Below, piece after piece: positions 39,593 through 49,900 of a stretch of 64,000 nucleotides of DNA. Origin of the DNA: a virus. Within the stretch, counting starts at the first letter, position 1. The number at the start of each line of letters is the position of its first letter. Below the pieces are notes generated by a model. It was not told where the DNA came from. It saw only the letters and a list, made by a program, of their open reading frames with translations, and searched no databases. The translations under genes and the position numbers were made by a program. The DNA lies in IMG/VR virus record IMGVR_UViG_3300044974_000721, positions 7,228-71,227 of that record; one strand, given 5' to 3'.

Positions 39593-40693
39593 ATGTACTA
39601 CCCTAGACTTTTTCAAGATATCTTTGATGACTATTTAAACTCAATTGAACAAGCTGGCTTCGGCTTAGACCTCCAACTTAACCCCTCTTCCCCTCTCTAT
39701 GTTCTCGCCCGCGCTAATTCTACTGTTATAGCTGACCTTGAATCTCAACTTGTTAATGTTTTTACCTCCTCTTCCCCTCTTACAGCTACAGGCTTAGACC
39801 TTGATAATCTTATATATACACCCTCTATAAAACGCTTTCCTGCTTCCTTGTCTTTTGGTTCCGTTATCGTTAAACCTACTCCTACTTCTCTCTCTATCCC
39901 TAATAATACTATTCTTACAGACCTCGATAACGGCCTTCAATTTGCTACATCTCAGTCCGCTGTAACTACAACATTTGCTAACACTATTATCCCTGTTTCT
40001 TCCCTTACAACTGGCTTCTCTAATAATTTACCCGCAGGGACAGTTCTTTTCACACCCGATTTTCCTACTATTGACTTTTTTGTTGGCTCTTCTATCTCCT
40101 CTAACAATATTTTCTTTGGCGACTTTACCGGCGGCGCTGATGAAGAAGACGATGATTCTCTTAGAAGTAGGTTCTTAAATTTTATTACCACTCTTGACCG
40201 CACTTCCTCTCTTCCTTTTATTAAAAACGCTGTTCAATTACAACCTAATGTCTCTAAATCTTTTGTAAAAAATCGCCTTCCCGGTATCATTGAACTTTGG
40301 GTTCGCTTCTCTTCCCTTGATGGTACTACTTTTTATTCTGATACTGAAGTAGATGAATTAAAATCCTCTTTACTACCTTATATACCCGCTGGTATAAGTA
40401 TCTCTATTAATGAAGCAAAAATAAAATATGTTCAACTAGCTATATCTGTTGTACCTTACTCCTCTTCCTCAGATTTTACAACTATAAACTCTCAAATCTC
40501 TTTTGCTATTGAAGACCTCGTAGCTACCTTAGATTTGGGACAAACTTTATTTCTATCTTCTATTACTACTGCTATACTCCCTTTTGTATCTAAAGTAGTT
40601 ATTACAGAACCTACTACAGATATTGTCCCTGATATGGATCAAGTTGTTGTTGTCTCTTCAATTAAACTAACTCTTCCTACTTATCAATTATAA
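39593..40693 (+). CDS. Baseplate J-like protein
   Basis: TATGLDLD, IPNNT, GGADEEDDDSLRSR and PAGI motifs. Confidence 0.9.
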   Translation: MYYPRLFQDIFDDYLNSIEQAGFGLDLQLNPSSPLYVLARANSTVIADLESQLVNVFTSSSPLTATGLDLDNLIYTPSIKRFPASLSFGSVIVKPTPTSLSIPNNTILTDLDNGLQFATSQSAVTTTFANTIIPVSSLTTGFSNNLPAGTVLFTPDFPTIDFFVGSSISSNNIFFGDFTGGADEEDDDSLRSRFLNFITTLDRTSSLPFIKNAVQLQPNVSKSFVKNRLPGIIELWVRFSSLDGTTFYSDTEVDELKSSLLPYIPAGISISINEAKIKYVQLAISVVPYSSSSDFTTINSQISFAIEDLVATLDLGQTLFLSSITTAILPFVSKVVITEPTTDIVPDMDQVVVVSSIKLTLPTYQL

Positions 40694-40695
40694 CT

Positions 40696-42930
40696 ATGCA
40701 TCAAACTTTATCTTCTCTTTTCTTTAAATCCCAAGGCTCTTCTAGTTTTTCTGACTTAGAATTATCTTATTCTAACCTTAGCTCTGACCCCTCTCTTTAT
40801 TCCCGCTCTCTTTATATTTCTCCTCTCTCCCCCTCCTTTTCCCCTTTTACTCTTACTGCCCCTCTCCATTCTACTCCTATTACCTGTTCCCATCCTGTAC
40901 TTCTTAGTAGCAAATCGGCTATTAACTCTACTTTAACTATTTCTTCTGTTACTAGTACCATTACTCCTAGTCAGGAAACTAGACTTATAACATTCCTAAA
41001 TACTAATCAACCTAAACTAAAGCCTTATATAGGTAACTCTTATACATACCAAATTGTTTTTCCTTTTGATGGTTCTAATATACTAAAATTCCCTAATGAA
41101 TCTGTTGTAGTTACTTCGGGTTTTGACTCTAATAACACACCAGTTACTTATACTTTACCAAACTATAAAACTGGCTGTAAGTGTTCAGTATCAGTAACAG
41201 ATACTACTAAATCTATATCTTCTATAGCTTGGGGTTTAATACTAGCCGCCGCAACTGACTCCGACTCTTTAGTTATCTCTACTCTTAATGGACTTATTAA
41301 CTCCTTTATAGATAATCAAAGCCTTTCTCAAACTGACGGCGGGGTTGTTATTAACTCCTCTTTGACCCCTCTCTCTAATTCTATATACGATAACTCCCTT
41401 CTTGGTCTCTCCGTCTGCTTATCACTTCAATATCTAACTTCTAAGTCTAACCTTCATCTTGCTATTAATAACTTCTATGAAGATTGTATTCAATTAGCTC
41501 GTTTACTCTCTTTTATCTCCTCTCAATATGTTAACCCCGTTAATAACTTTGTTTATGGCTCTTTTTCTGCTGAGGGTATTAATACCGAAGACCTCTCTTT
41601 TATAACCTCTTGCGTTACTTCTCTCTTCTTTAACTCTTTTCTCTCTATTGATTATGACTCTATTATCCATTATAAAGCAGCTAAACTCTATCTGGCTATT
41701 CTTGAACTTCCAGTTGTACCCGATATCCTTCAATATTCTATCTTTTCTGACTCTTCTACTTTAAGTACTATCGCCTATAAACTCTGGTGGCACTGCGAAT
41801 TTGACCTCCCAAGAGCTCCTTTGCTTTTGACTAGCTATAACTCCTCTCGTCTCTCTACTTTAGAAGGTACTAACTCAACTTATACAGAACTAGATTTCTT
41901 AGTCGCTTCTCTTACAAATCTCTATCTTTTTGACTTCAGGCCTACTTGGGTATTTTGGCTATTTGAACAGTTTAAACTGGATTCTCAACTTAAATCTGTT
42001 TCAACCCTTAATATTAACTCCTTAACTCCTATTGTATGCTACTCCTTTAAGTTTAAACTTATATCTAACTACGTTTTTGATACGGGTGCTACTAGCTGCC
42101 GCGCTTATTCCTCTTATATTAAAAATCTCTTTATCCTATCTCTCCCAGAAGGCCCCTTCTGGTCTTCTCGCACTAACGAAGAAAACTCTTATACTACTAT
42201 AGGCTCACTTATCCACGCGTATTCATCTGCTTTTTTTTATATTACTTTACACCTCTTCTTACTAAAACAGCCTTTATTCTCTTCTAGTTCCTACATACTG
42301 CGCCGCCTGGCTAGTTTTATCTTAAAACCTTCTGTATACCTAGCAGAACCTCTTATAAAAAGTTATATCTCTATCTTGTTAGATGCCACTTTAAGCCCTA
42401 TAGAAAAACTAAACCTATTCTTTAAATCTAACTTCACACGCTATTTTGATACTGTACCTAACTATAAAATTCTTTTAGATAGACAAACTAAAACTTATAC
42501 TACAGATATAACAGTATATAACCATGAATTCCTTACGGGCCCACAATATCAATCTATTGTCTTCTACCCTGTATCAAGAGAAATTAACACTCAAGCTTCT
42601 AATGCTCTCGCTTTAAGAACTACTCCAGGATTACCTTATTCTTCTCCTAAAACTAGCCCCGCTCCCGGTACTTCCCCCTCCCCTAATGAATCTAATACTC
42701 ATATCCTTCCCCTCTCTAACTTAACCGGTTTGGTTAATCTTACAGATAATATACCCGCTCCTAATAATCTCCACCACATTACTACTCTTGTTGCCCCCGC
42801 TGGTGTTATATATAAATACTCTTTTCATTATTTTAATACCGTTGCTACTAACTACGTTATCTCCTCTTTCTCTACTACTGTCTCTATAGGCGCTAAAATA
42901 TCTGTAGGTTCTACTGTTTTTATTGTCTGA
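40696..42930 (+). CDS. Baseplate wedge protein (gpI/YmfQ-like C-terminal part)
   Basis: Follows J; LPEGPFW and VAPAGV motifs of gpI/DUF2313-type proteins; long N-terminal extension. Confidence 0.5.
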   Translation: MHQTLSSLFFKSQGSSSFSDLELSYSNLSSDPSLYSRSLYISPLSPSFSPFTLTAPLHSTPITCSHPVLLSSKSAINSTLTISSVTSTITPSQETRLITFLNTNQPKLKPYIGNSYTYQIVFPFDGSNILKFPNESVVVTSGFDSNNTPVTYTLPNYKTGCKCSVSVTDTTKSISSIAWGLILAAATDSDSLVISTLNGLINSFIDNQSLSQTDGGVVINSSLTPLSNSIYDNSLLGLSVCLSLQYLTSKSNLHLAINNFYEDCIQLARLLSFISSQYVNPVNNFVYGSFSAEGINTEDLSFITSCVTSLFFNSFLSIDYDSIIHYKAAKLYLAILELPVVPDILQYSIFSDSSTLSTIAYKLWWHCEFDLPRAPLLLTSYNSSRLSTLEGTNSTYTELDFLVASLTNLYLFDFRPTWVFWLFEQFKLDSQLKSVSTLNINSLTPIVCYSFKFKLISNYVFDTGATSCRAYSSYIKNLFILSLPEGPFWSSRTNEENSYTTIGSLIHAYSSAFFYITLHLFLLKQPLFSSSSYILRRLASFILKPSVYLAEPLIKSYISILLDATLSPIEKLNLFFKSNFTRYFDTVPNYKILLDRQTKTYTTDITVYNHEFLTGPQYQSIVFYPVSREINTQASNALALRTTPGLPYSSPKTSPAPGTSPSPNESNTHILPLSNLTGLVNLTDNIPAPNNLHHITTLVAPAGVIYKYSFHYFNTVATNYVISSFSTTVSIGAKISVGSTVFIV

Positions 42931-42976
42931 TTTTTTGTCTTATTATTTCTTCCCTTTATACCTCTACTAATCTTTT

Positions 42977-43366
42977 ATGCTTAATTCTTCTATCTCTTCC
43001 TCTATACTTAAGTCTATTGTCTATGGCGGTACTATCTCTAGTAACTCTACCCCCTCTCTCCCTACTTCTTTTACTCCTGTAACCTCTATACGCTTCTATA
43101 CCTCTAACCCTTTCCTAAACCCTACTACCGGTACTATCTCCGCTATCTTTACTCCCGCTATTTCTGTTGATAATTTATATATCTACAATACTAATACTAT
43201 TCAAGTAAATATTATATCCAATAATACTCTTTACTATGCTGGTCTTTTAGCTGCTGATACCACTATTCTACTGGCATCTAAACTGTCTACCCCCCTCACT
43301 GTTGTCGCTGGGCAACAACTCTCTATTCAACCTAATGAATTTGCTGTCTCTTTTATTAACCTTTAA
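42977..43366 (+). CDS. Small tail/baseplate structural protein
   Basis: 129 aa; YAGL......LL...L..PLTV.AGQQLSI pattern of tail-fibre-proximal proteins. Confidence 0.5.
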   Translation: MLNSSISSSILKSIVYGGTISSNSTPSLPTSFTPVTSIRFYTSNPFLNPTTGTISAIFTPAISVDNLYIYNTNTIQVNIISNNTLYYAGLLAADTTILLASKLSTPLTVVAGQQLSIQPNEFAVSFINL

Positions 43367-43407
43367 GAGTACATTTACCTAGTTTTAACAGTTTACTAAC
43401 TATATTT

Positions 43408-45204
43408 ATGTCTATTAAGAATAAAGGGTTTGACCTTGATGGATTTCTTGATGATTTAGCTGATAGTATCCAAGATGAGTTTGGTGCCTCAACTGAAGAG
43501 TTTAATATTGTAGACTTTGTAGAGAATCAAATAGATAAACTTAGCTGGGGCGTTAAAGAATTAAACCCCCGTCAATGGGTTCTTCTTAAAACTTTTTATA
43601 GCCTCCCTTTATCTGACGACGAAATCTCTATACTCGAGGCTTGGTACGCTCTTGACCGTACTTCCCTTAACCCTATTTCTAATTACCCCCCTCAACAACC
43701 TTTCCAAGCTCTTATTGTTGAAGCTGGTCGTAGAGGTAGTAAAAGCTTTACCGCTTCTATTATTGTCGCCTTTGAGTTCTGTAGACTCTGTCTTATGAAA
43801 TCTCCCCAACTCTACTACGGTATTGCTACCTCTACCCCTATTTCTATCTACTGTATCGCTACTAGTGCTACTCAAACTAAACGTACTATATTCGCTCAAG
43901 CAAAAGCTTTACTTGAGCACATACCTGCTATAAAAAGGTTAGTTGATAGAAAGAAAGTAATTATAGGCGAAGAAGAAATAAAGTACCCTGATAAGTTGTT
44001 ATATATATACAGCGGTAACTCAAATTCAGCTTCTCAGGTCGGCTCTTCTGTTATTTGCTTAGTTATGGATGAAGTGGCTAGATTTGATGACGAAGGTAAA
44101 GATAATGATGAAAGCAATGCTCTCCAATTATGGTCAAATATTGGTATCTCTGGTGTAACTTTTGGTAAAGATGCTAAACGCATCGCTATTAGTTCCGCTT
44201 GGTGTGATGGCGATGCTATACAAAAGCTGTACAGTCTTACTAAAGAGTCTCCCGGTACTTTAGGCTTTAGGTTACGTTCTTGGGATTTAAACCCCGTACA
44301 CGCCGCTAGAGACAATCCTGTAGTTCAATCTGAATATTTGTTAGACCCTAGAAAAGCTGCTCTTGAATTTGAAGGTATTCGCTTTAATAAAGCTTACTCT
44401 TTCTTTACTGATGATGATATACAAAAAGCTTTTAGAGGCTCTACTTCTATCTCTGTCTCTAAATTAAAATCTCCTGATTCTATTGTTCGCCTTCAAATTG
44501 ATGATATTCTACCTACTATTAACGGTAGCGTTATGCACTTAGACCCAGCTTTCGTTCGTGATAGCTATGCCATTGCATTTGGTCATAGAGAAACTATTAA
44601 AGGTGATAGGTTTGCTATTATTGATGGTCTTCTTGTCTGGGAACCTGATGTTAACCAACAAGTTGGTATAACTAATATTTATAAATGCATTTATGAAATA
44701 CATAACCGCCGCCCTCTATCTAAAATAACTTCTGACCACTATAACCCCGAAACCGTTCAACATCTTAGAAATAACGGCCTAAACGCTTCCGTTATTACTT
44801 TCTCTCAAGGTAAACAACTTGAATTGTACGACTTCTTTAGAAAAATGCTTCATGAGGAGCGTGTTATTCTACCTAATAACTCCCCTTGGTCTTCTAAGCT
44901 AAAAGATGAGCTTTTTGGTATACAATTAATAAAGGGTAAAAAGATTGATCATAGGCGAGACGGTTCTAAAGACATCGCAGATGCTTGTGTAGCCGTAGTG
45001 TGGCATCTAATGTCAGACTTTAATTTAACAGCAACTCCTGTTAGTAACTCCGTAAAACCTACTCAACCTATACCTTTTAAAGATGATTTAGCAGATTTAG
45101 GATTCTCTTCAGCTAAAGAGTTAGTAACTCAAGTTAAAAGATCTTATTCTAAATGGGATTCTAAATATCTTAGTGAACCTTCCTGGCTCTCTGATGATAT
45201 TTAG
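43408..45204 (+). CDS. terL: Terminase large subunit
   Basis: Q motif (PRQ), Walker A AGRRGSKS, Walker B CLVMDE, coupling motif ISS, RNase H-like nuclease HLDPAF..DS and SKDIADA. Confidence 0.92.
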   Translation: MSIKNKGFDLDGFLDDLADSIQDEFGASTEEFNIVDFVENQIDKLSWGVKELNPRQWVLLKTFYSLPLSDDEISILEAWYALDRTSLNPISNYPPQQPFQALIVEAGRRGSKSFTASIIVAFEFCRLCLMKSPQLYYGIATSTPISIYCIATSATQTKRTIFAQAKALLEHIPAIKRLVDRKKVIIGEEEIKYPDKLLYIYSGNSNSASQVGSSVICLVMDEVARFDDEGKDNDESNALQLWSNIGISGVTFGKDAKRIAISSAWCDGDAIQKLYSLTKESPGTLGFRLRSWDLNPVHAARDNPVVQSEYLLDPRKAALEFEGIRFNKAYSFFTDDDIQKAFRGSTSISVSKLKSPDSIVRLQIDDILPTINGSVMHLDPAFVRDSYAIAFGHRETIKGDRFAIIDGLLVWEPDVNQQVGITNIYKCIYEIHNRRPLSKITSDHYNPETVQHLRNNGLNASVITFSQGKQLELYDFFRKMLHEERVILPNNSPWSSKLKDELFGIQLIKGKKIDHRRDGSKDIADACVAVVWHLMSDFNLTATPVSNSVKPTQPIPFKDDLADLGFSSAKELVTQVKRSYSKWDSKYLSEPSWLSDDI

Positions 45205-45316
45205 CTCGCTTTAAACTCTGCTTGTTTAGGCTGTTATTACAGCATAGCGCCTATTTTTCTAACTTATTTTGTTCTTGGTTACAGTGTTTTTAGCTCTATA
45301 GTTACTGTTATTTATT

Positions 45317-46180
45317 ATGTTAACAAAACACCAGATTGATAGGTTTAACTCCTGCCATAACCTACATTTCTCTCTCTCGCCTATTACCCTTTTTATGGGG
45401 CATAACAACACAGGTAAATCATCTATCCTTAGACATATTTATTATAAACGTAACGCAGAACATGTTCTTTATCTTAACTCCCGCCGCGCTATTATTCCTA
45501 ACTATTACTACCTTAAAGACCCTATCACTTTCTTAGCCGGCATTAATGGTCAGTATATCTATCCTTTCTTTATAGCTCTTAAAAAAAGTGTCCCTAACTT
45601 TGAAGCTACTCTCTCTAAAACTCTCTCTGACCTTAATCTTGTTCAATCTATATCGTTAAAACAATCTACTACTAAACCTAATAAGTATAAGATTATTGCT
45701 AAAACGTTTGATGGCTTTAAAGTCGAGGTTAATAAACTTGGTACTTCTGTTAACTCTATTCTACAATTACTAATCTTATTAGAATTTGTTAGTCACGATA
45801 CTACTTTGGCTTTAGATAACCCTGATGCAGGCTTAGACCCCCAATTACAAGTAGCTCTAGCTGATATATTAATAGATTACTATAAAACTAAAAACTTACA
45901 GTTTTTAGTGGAAACTAACAGCATTAACTTTCTTACAAGATTTCGACGAAGGATAGCAGAAGGTTCTTACTATAACACTAAGTTTAAAGTATATAACGTT
46001 TACTTAGATAATAATTACAAAACTAAGCTAACTACAGCACTTGTAGATGAGGAAGGAACTATAAGTAACTGGGACGATATACTAGGAGATTCCTCAACAG
46101 CAATAGAGATAGAAGATTTAGATGCTATACTCCAAGCTAATATTCTAAAACAATTAGAAAGTACTAAAAAGCCAGAGTAG
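45317..46180 (+). CDS. ABC-type ATPase (AAA_15/DUF3696-like), catalytic residues degenerate
   Basis: Walker A GHNNTGKSS; LGTSV signature; ALDNPDAGLDP..Q; VETNS; C-terminal VDEEGTISNW. Confidence 0.75.
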   Translation: MLTKHQIDRFNSCHNLHFSLSPITLFMGHNNTGKSSILRHIYYKRNAEHVLYLNSRRAIIPNYYYLKDPITFLAGINGQYIYPFFIALKKSVPNFEATLSKTLSDLNLVQSISLKQSTTKPNKYKIIAKTFDGFKVEVNKLGTSVNSILQLLILLEFVSHDTTLALDNPDAGLDPQLQVALADILIDYYKTKNLQFLVETNSINFLTRFRRRIAEGSYYNTKFKVYNVYLDNNYKTKLTTALVDEEGTISNWDDILGDSSTAIEIEDLDAILQANILKQLESTKKPE

Positions 46181-46210
46181 TAACTAAACATTTTTTATCT
46201 TGTCTGTTTT

Positions 46211-46238
46211 AAAGGTAGCCGCGCGGCTACCTTTTTAA
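46211..46238 (+). terminator. Perfect 24-bp palindrome with T tail (terminator-like)
   Basis: aaaggtagccgcgcggctaccttt followed by tt, downstream of the ATPase gene. Confidence 0.75.
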
Positions 46239-46341
46239 TTTCTCTTACTTTTTTCTATACGTTAGTTTAGCTATTACTTTCTAGCTCCTCTCCTCCCTCT
46301 CTCCTTTCATCTCTTCTACCCTCTAATACTATCTTCCCTCT

Positions 46342-46905
46342 ATGTCTAATACTAATCTTTTTTATAATCCTGTCCTACCTTTAACTTATAGCCCTATTGC
46401 TTTAGAACTAGTCTCTGCTTATAAACTTAACGAGGTAACCCCAACTATCGACTTTACTAAGTATTCTCTTTATATCCAACCACCTCGTTCTTCTCGCCCT
46501 TCTATTCAACACTACCTCCCTCAACCTTTTCGCATTCAATTCCCTTCAAACGGTATTCTTAAACTACAACTTGTCCCATCTGATATTTACCTTCCTATTG
46601 GTCGCTACCATGTCTCTTACTATAAAGAAGATGTCTCTAAACCACTTGATAAACAAGTTTGGATTGTTCGTAGCCGCCCTCTTATCTCTTCCTATTCTTT
46701 CTTACTTAATACTAACCCCTACTTTCTCCCCCTCACTTTCTGGGACGTTCTCTCCGTTAACTCCTCTTCCTCTTTCTCTTACGAGAATAATATGCTTAAT
46801 GTCTTCTCTGACAACCTTCTTAATACTATCATCAATATTACATTTCAACCTGCTCTAACTGTCGACCAGCTGGTTGAATATAACATAAATACACTACCAA
46901 ATTAA
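46342..46905 (+). CDS. Hypothetical protein
   Basis: 187-aa ORF upstream of the second giant gene. Confidence 0.65.
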   Translation: MSNTNLFYNPVLPLTYSPIALELVSAYKLNEVTPTIDFTKYSLYIQPPRSSRPSIQHYLPQPFRIQFPSNGILKLQLVPSDIYLPIGRYHVSYYKEDVSKPLDKQVWIVRSRPLISSYSFLLNTNPYFLPLTFWDVLSVNSSSSFSYENNMLNVFSDNLLNTIINITFQPALTVDQLVEYNINTLPN

Positions 46906-46968
46906 CAGTACTGGTTATTAATAAACAACTTATACTTATAAGCTTAGGATTAAGGGTATAAACATATA

Positions 46969-49900
46969 ATGCTTCCATTTATTTCAAAACACTTGATGGC
47001 TCCATTAGGTCTGGCAGCAACAGCAGGTTTAGCTGGTGCTACTCTTTTTTCGTCTATGACTTTAAATTCAGACCCATTAAAACCAGCAAAGTCATCCTTT
47101 TATTTAGCATCTGAGTTTGTACAAAACTCCCTGTTCCTTAACCCTTATGAAAATCTATATAATCAGTACGGTCAACAATACTCTCCTAAACTTCAAGGGC
47201 GTTTTAGCCATGATTACAGTACATTCTTTCAAGATGGCAATTTCTTTAAACCTATTTCCGTAAGTGATGATACTTATGCTTTGCCTTCCTTTTCTCAATC
47301 AGAAGAAAGACAGCGCTCTATTGATGCTGCCGATAAGCTTTTTGAGCGCGATAAATATATAACTCCTTATGAAAGAGCCACTTATACCTCTGTTGGTGCT
47401 TTATCTGGTCTAGCTTTAACAGGTGTTTTATACGGTGCCAGCAATCTTATTGTTAAAACTGGAGACTTACCTACTAAAAACTATACAGCATTTCAGTATC
47501 TATTTGAAAGCGAAGTTATTAATTATAACAAAAGTAGTGGCACCTTACCAAAACCAACACGCTATTTACCCACAAATTTTATGCCTGCTACTATAGGCGC
47601 TCTTACTGGTTACTCTGTCTCTGGTACTGAGGGGGCTGTTATTGGTACTATGCTTGGTAGTTATATAGGGGGTTATCTTCTTATGAAGGAAGAGTATGGA
47701 CCTCAACTTAAACCTCTTGTAGCCGGTGCTTTATATGGGGCCTTAGCGGCTAATATTATTTTGGATAGTTTAAAAACGTTTACCCAGGAAAAGACTCAAT
47801 CTCAATCCTTTACGTCCTCTTCTTTAATCAAAAACTCTGGTATTAAATCTCGATTACTTAACCAAGATTTTTATAAGTCATCTAACCCTTATTCCTTTTC
47901 CTTTACAGAGTTAAAGAGTTTAGTTGATAGTAGCGTTACTAATAACATTTATTATACCAACTTTGTTGATAATACTTATAGTCCTGGATACAAAAGCGTT
48001 AAACGGTTAAATTTTAAAGATACTATATTAAGTTCTTATAAACCTAACTATAGCGCTAATAAGCTGTATAGAATAGAAAAGGGACAAAAGAGTAATGAGC
48101 TAAAAACTGAAACTAATGTATTTGATTTTCTTAAACCATTACCTACGGCTATATCTGCTTCGTTTTTTGCTTCTTTACCTCTTCTTTTAACTGCAGCTTT
48201 GGGGACTGAAAAAGCTGACTCTGTTAAGAAAGAAGTTAATAAAGGACTTGTCAATTTCTGGAATATCTTTGGAGCCTATGAAGCTCGACAAGCAAATATT
48301 AAAGCTCAAGGTGAGATAGTAGAAAGCAGCAAGGGCTTATTATCTAGTCTTAATGAAGGAAAACTGTCCGGGAGTTTTAAATCTACTCTTACTCTTGGTA
48401 AATCAACTTTTAACTACTTTAGATCCGAAGTTGTAAAAAACCTTAAAGCTCCTTTACCTATTGCGGCAGGTGCTCTTGTATATAGTCTACTATCTACTTA
48501 TCAATATAATAGGTCTTCTGAGTTAGTAAAAGACATAGATAAAGATTATATACCTAGTAATAGTATTAAACTTAATAACGCTCCTTTAAATATTTTAAGT
48601 TATGCAGCACTTGGGGGAGTTGTTGGGGGAACTACAAGTCATTTTTTATCAAAGTTTCCCGCCTATAGAAAGCTTTCTTACAGTCTACCTTTTACTAGTT
48701 TAATAGGAGGAGCTATAACTGGGGCTGCTGAACTACAAAGGGCAAATTTAATAAATGATAGCAGCTCTGTCTTACCTAATACTCTTTTAGGGACCACTAT
48801 GGGGTTTGGTTTAGCTTTTCCCTTAACCCAATATTCTAAAAGCTTACATACAAAAGGTGAAAAGTACCTTAAGGGTAATACTATCAGTTCTGCTCTATTT
48901 GGCTCTATTATTGGGGCTATCTCCGGTTTTATATCTTCATATCAATTTGAATCAAAGTCTGAAACTCCTAGTAATTATAATAAAGACCCTATAATAGTAA
49001 TCAATCAAGCAGTAGCACCACCAGGTACAGACAAAGAGACTGTTAATTATGCTAATGAACTTATTAATAACTCAAGATACTTAGCGGAGGGTATGGCTGT
49101 TAGATTAGACAATAGTCATATATTTTACGATTCAGGTACTATAGGTACTGGTTTAATGAGTTTTCTTAAAGGCTCTAAAGATAATACTCTTTTAGGTGCC
49201 TTTTATGAGCTGTCTTCTGATAAAGAGTTTTTAGGACTACTTGCTACTAAAGCGAGAGATGAAGGTATTGTAGTTTCTATGGGAGGTAATATTTCTTTTA
49301 CAGGTGGTCTTGAAGGGGCATATAAATCTATTCTTAACTCTTTTGGGTTAGGTGGACCAGGCGCGGCTATTACTTATAAAATTTCTGAGGCTATCAACTC
49401 AGTATCTAAGAATATGACAGGTAAAAATGTCTATAAAACTTTAGAGGAAAAGGCTAATCCTAATACTGATAGTGATGATAGCGGCGCTAGAACTATTAAT
49501 TCTTTACTTTTCGGCGGACTGGGTTTTATTACCGCGCCTACTATGACTAAAATTATATCTAATATATACTTTAATCAGTCTACTTCTGGTATCTTCTCTA
49601 ATAAGAACGTATTTAGTAGGCTGTTTATAGGCTTTACATTTGGCACATTAGGGTATAATTTTGCATCTACTACTCTAGATAGTACACCTTATAGACATAT
49701 TGAACAGGCAGCAGAGTATTTTGCGGGTACACCTATAGATTCTCTTAAAGCTTATGGTTTAACTATTGGAAAAAATGGACCTAATACTAAAAACTATTTT
49801 ACAGGTAATTTTATAGACCATATGTTAGCTATGTTTAGTAGAACCACTTTACTAAGTGGTATAGACGTAACTAACAAGACTACACCGTTCGCTTTAGGTT

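Noticed and set aside
15172-45204. Tailocin or extracellular contractile injection system
   Set aside because: Portal, protease, major capsid protein and terminase are all present, indicating a DNA-packaging phage.
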